Part shown: in pieces, positions 23,314 to 25,965 of the stretch | How the letters are laid out: the number at the start of each line of letters is the position of its first letter | How positions within the stretch are numbered: position 1 is the stretch's first letter | Assembly: GCF_035285525.1 (NCBI RefSeq) | Contig: NZ_JAYKGW010000081.1 | Span: 1 to 25,965 of the forward strand | DNA from: Okeania sp. | GTDB taxonomy: Bacteria; Cyanobacteriota; Cyanobacteriia; Cyanobacteriales; Microcoleaceae | DNA: 25,965 nt | Reading direction: 5' to 3' | Position numbers and translations under genes: made by a program | The notes under the pieces: generated by a model | Told to the model about the DNA's origin: nothing | The model's database searches: none | The model's input: only the letters and a program-made list of their open reading frames with translations

Positions 23314-23334
23314 AGGGAACAGGGAACAGAGAAC
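23314..23334 (+). repeat. heptamer tandem repeat (AGGGAAC x2 plus AGAGAAC)
   Basis: Three adjacent units. The same GGGAACA/TGTTCCC word occurs in MITE B and in the 17293-17383 array. Confidence 0.6.
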
Positions 23335-23612
23335 CGTTTCGACATTCTGCTACGACCAAATTTTCTGATAGTATAGGATCAAAATTCTACCATTTTGAGA
23401 CGACAACAGCTAAAAACTAGGTACTTTTTCCAGAAAAAAAGGCTACAGCCTTTGCCAGTAAAAGCTTTGATATTTAATCAGCCAGCCCTAAAATAGTAAA
23501 TCAATCAGAGAAAAAAGCTTAATGCTATCTTCCACAACTGAATATGATATAAAGAAACCAGGTTTTAACTAAAAACCCTGAAACAATATCTTTATTAAGT
23601 AACATCTTTTTT

Positions 23613-25703
23613 ATGGTCATTAGTTTTGAACGAGAAAATTGTCATAATCTGAACATAGCAGAATCCCGTGAATGGTTGGTCACAAATGGAATAGGTGGTT
23701 ATGCCTCTGGGACAATAGCTAACCTCCCTACCCGTCGGTATCATGGACTACTCGTCGCCGCTCTCAAACCCCCATTAGGACGTACTCTACTACTAACAAA
23801 ATTAGATGAAACTGTTAGTTATAAAAATCAAAACTATCCCCTCTATTGTAATCGTTGGGCAGATGGAACAGTAAACCCAGAAGGTTATCAACAAATAGAG
23901 AGCTTCCATTTAGAAGGAACAATAGCAGTCTGGAAATTTACATTTGCAGATGTAATTTTGGAGAAACGAATCTGGATGGAGCAAGGAGAAAATACTACTT
24001 ATATTCATTATCATCTACTCAGTAGTAGTCAACCAATAAATCTAAACATCAAAGCATTAATCAACCATCGGGATCATCATCATCATACCCAGGCCAAAGA
24101 TTGGCAACTCAACATCAACAAAACTAACAAAGGAGTTTCCATACAAGCTTTTCCTAAAGCTACTCCCCTATATCTACTAACCTATCCTCGTATAGACGAA
24201 AAAACCATAGTATCCACACCTACTAACGATTGGTATTATGGATTTAACCTAGCAGTAGAAAAATATCGGGGACAACAAGAATTAGAAGACCACCTACACG
24301 CTATCACCTTCGATGCCGAATTAGAAGTAGGAAAATCTCTAACTATAACTGCTAGCACAGGAGAAAACCCAATGACTAATGGTGAACAAGCATTAGTATT
24401 CCGTCGCAGTTATGAACAACAGATAATACAAAAATTTGCTACCGCTCAAAAATCTCAACCAGAACCCAAAAATCTATTGAGCAAACTCTCGAAAAGGTTA
24501 ACCCAGAAAACACCTAATACCCAACCCACACCAGAATGGATTAACCAATTAATATTAGCAGCTAACCAATTTATAGTCAATCGCAAATCCCCCAAACAAC
24601 CAGACGGCAAAACTATCATTGCTGGTTATCATTGGTTCGAAGACTGGGGACGGGACACCATGATTAGCTTACCTGGTTTAACCATTTGTACAGGACAACT
24701 TAATGTCGCCCGTTCAATTTTACAAACTTTTGCCAAATATGTCGAGCAGGGAATGTTACCTAACCGCTTCCCAGATAGTGGTACAACACCAGATTATAAT
24801 ACTGTAGATGCCACACTTTGGTATTTTGAAGCAGTTCGGGCATATTATGAAGCAACCGAAGATGACAAATTAATAGAAGAGTTGTTCCCAGTGTTAGCAG
24901 AAATTATTGATTTCTATCGTCGAGGAACTCGTTATGATATCCATGTAGATGCTGATGATGGTTTAATTTATGCGGGAGAAGCAGGTAGTCAACTTACTTG
25001 GATGGATGCGAAAGTAGGTGATTGGGTAGTGACACCGCGTATTGGGAAACCGATTGAAATTAGTGCTTTGTGGTATAATGCTTTGCAAATTATGGATAGG
25101 TTTGCCCAAAAGTTGCGTAAGGATAAGTTAGATTATGAAAGGTTAGCACGGTTAATCAAGGAAAAGGGTTTTGCTCGTTTTTGGAATCAAGAAGGTGGTT
25201 ACTGTTACGATGTGTTAGATACGCCTAATGGTAATGATGCTTCTTTGCGACCAAATCAAATATTTGCTTTGTCGTTGCCACCAATGAGTAAATATAGTTA
25301 TGCTCCCCTGCTAACACCAGAACAAGAAAAACAGGTGATGGATATATGCACTCAAAAGTTATTAACTCCTTATGGGTTACGCAGTCTTGCTAGTGACGAG
25401 CCAGAGTATAAGGGTGTTTATGGTGGAGATATTTATCAACGTGATGGCGCTTACCACCAAGGTACTGTTTGGGGTTGGTTGATAGGTGCTTATGTTACGG
25501 CGCATTTACGAATTTATAATGATCCGACCAAAGCTGAGGAATTATTGAAACCAATGGCAGAGCATTTAATGGTGCATGGTGTTGGTAATATCAGTGAGAT
25601 TTTTGATGGTAATGAACCAATAACACCTCGTGGTTGTATTGCTCAAGCATGGAGTGTGGCAGAAGTTTTGCGAGCTTGGTCAATGATTAATCGGGTTAGT
25701 TGA
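23613..25703 (+). CDS. glycogen debranching enzyme, amylo-alpha-1,6-glucosidase family (GDE_N plus GDE_C)
   Basis: N-terminal REWLVTNGIGGYASGT...TRRYHGLL. C-terminal six-hairpin domain motifs AGYHWFEDWGRDTMISLPGL, QLTWMDAKVGDWVVTPR, GAYHQGTVWGWLIG and CIAQAWSVAEVLR. 696 aa. Confidence 0.85.
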   Translation: MVISFERENCHNLNIAESREWLVTNGIGGYASGTIANLPTRRYHGLLVAALKPPLGRTLLLTKLDETVSYKNQNYPLYCNRWADGTVNPEGYQQIESFHLEGTIAVWKFTFADVILEKRIWMEQGENTTYIHYHLLSSSQPINLNIKALINHRDHHHHTQAKDWQLNINKTNKGVSIQAFPKATPLYLLTYPRIDEKTIVSTPTNDWYYGFNLAVEKYRGQQELEDHLHAITFDAELEVGKSLTITASTGENPMTNGEQALVFRRSYEQQIIQKFATAQKSQPEPKNLLSKLSKRLTQKTPNTQPTPEWINQLILAANQFIVNRKSPKQPDGKTIIAGYHWFEDWGRDTMISLPGLTICTGQLNVARSILQTFAKYVEQGMLPNRFPDSGTTPDYNTVDATLWYFEAVRAYYEATEDDKLIEELFPVLAEIIDFYRRGTRYDIHVDADDGLIYAGEAGSQLTWMDAKVGDWVVTPRIGKPIEISALWYNALQIMDRFAQKLRKDKLDYERLARLIKEKGFARFWNQEGGYCYDVLDTPNGNDASLRPNQIFALSLPPMSKYSYAPLLTPEQEKQVMDICTQKLLTPYGLRSLASDEPEYKGVYGGDIYQRDGAYHQGTVWGWLIGAYVTAHLRIYNDPTKAEELLKPMAEHLMVHGVGNISEIFDGNEPITPRGCIAQAWSVAEVLRAWSMINRVS

Positions 25704-25720
25704 AACCAAGAGTAATATAG

Positions 25721-25808
25721 AATCCGGATAATTAATATCCCTAAGTCATTGCGGGTGGAATGAAGCAATCTCCGTGCGCCTCTGAGATTGCTTCCTATCG
25801 TCGATAGG
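25721..25808. repeat. dispersed repeat family G with two hairpins
   Basis: Shares its first ~32 nt with 11148-11180. It has an 11-bp stem GAAGCAATCTC/GAGATTGCTTC (25762-25772 and 25784-25794) and then CCTATCG-t-CGATAGG (25794-25808). It begins 18 nt after the GDE stop, so it may double as a terminator-like structure. Confidence 0.6.
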
Positions 25809-25841
25809 GACGACTTTACTTTTCAACTGGATTTTATAGCC

Positions 25842-25886
25842 TAAAAATGTAGGTTGGGTTGAGGAACGAAACCCAACAAAAGCTTA
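25842..25886 (+). repeat. 45-nt direct repeat unit 1 (TAAAAATGTAGGTTGGGTTGAGGAACGAAACCCAACAAAAGCTTA)
   Basis: Identical to 25921-25965. It contains the internal hairpin GTTGGGTT-gaggaacga-AACCCAAC. Confidence 0.85.
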
Positions 25887-25920
25887 CTAATTTTAGGTGA
25901 TCCTTGTAGATTGAGACCCG

Positions 25921-25965
25921 TAAAAATGTAGGTTGGGTTGAGGAACGAAACCCAACAAAAGCTTA
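25921..25965 (+). repeat. 45-nt direct repeat unit 2, cut by the window end
   Basis: Identical to 25842-25886 and separated from it by a unique 34-nt spacer (25887-25920). Confidence 0.85.

Noticed and set aside
25842-25965. Calling the 45-nt repeat / 34-nt spacer / 45-nt repeat a CRISPR array
   Set aside because: Only two units are visible, the repeat is longer than usual, there are no cas genes in the window, and the motif resembles common dispersed hairpin repeats. Kept as a finding to check but not annotated as CRISPR.
1-25965. Search for tRNA, rRNA, transposase/IS, integrase, toxin-antitoxin or known defence-system genes
   Set aside because: I saw no T-arm (GGTTCGAATCC-like) or rRNA signatures, and no ORF with DDE/transposase, recombinase, Cas, restriction-modification or abortive-infection motifs apart from the decayed Uma2 nuclease. 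The MITEs therefore appear non-autonomous within this window.

Overview
Cyanobacterial chromosome segment, most likely from a filamentous Nostocales-type strain. Supporting this: 11 copies of the HIP1 octamer GCGATCGC, heptameric STRR-like tandem repeats, small nested MITE/SDR repeats in almost every intergenic gap, and a zinc-ribbon Ser/Thr-kinase-WD40 gene. Layout: (i) 1-6967 holds three co-directional genes for large acidic proteins with no N-terminal signal peptide. These are the 3' end of a PPC-repeat protein, a 1144-aa protein (choice-of-anchor-like N-domain plus 8 PPC domains), and a 650-aa protein with an integrin-beta-like hybrid/betaI head, two cadherin-like repeats and a VC_A0849-type T1SS C-terminal signal. 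(ii) ~7000-9000 is a decayed zone with several MITE families, a gene remnant and a Uma2-family nuclease pseudogene split by a MITE. (iii) 9030-10997 is the kinase-WD40 gene. (iv) 11279-21106 is an AT-rich chemosensory cluster: cheB, CHASE3-MCP, hybrid cheA (Hpt-dimerisation-HATPase-CheW-REC), Cache-MCP and helical-sensor MCP, with no cheW, cheR or cheY. A 183-bp near-identical direct repeat carrying a near-consensus promoter lies between the convergent MCP and cheA. (v) queC and a GDE-type glycogen debranching enzyme follow. I saw no rRNA, tRNA, transposase or convincing CRISPR array. Best candidates for follow-up are the integrin-beta-like secreted protein with its PPC-array neighbours, the incomplete cheB-containing chemosensory cluster, the duplicated promoter element behind cheA, and purine-rich heptamer arrays abutting che-gene stop codons. 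All family assignments come from reading motifs by eye, without HMM or BLAST confirmation.
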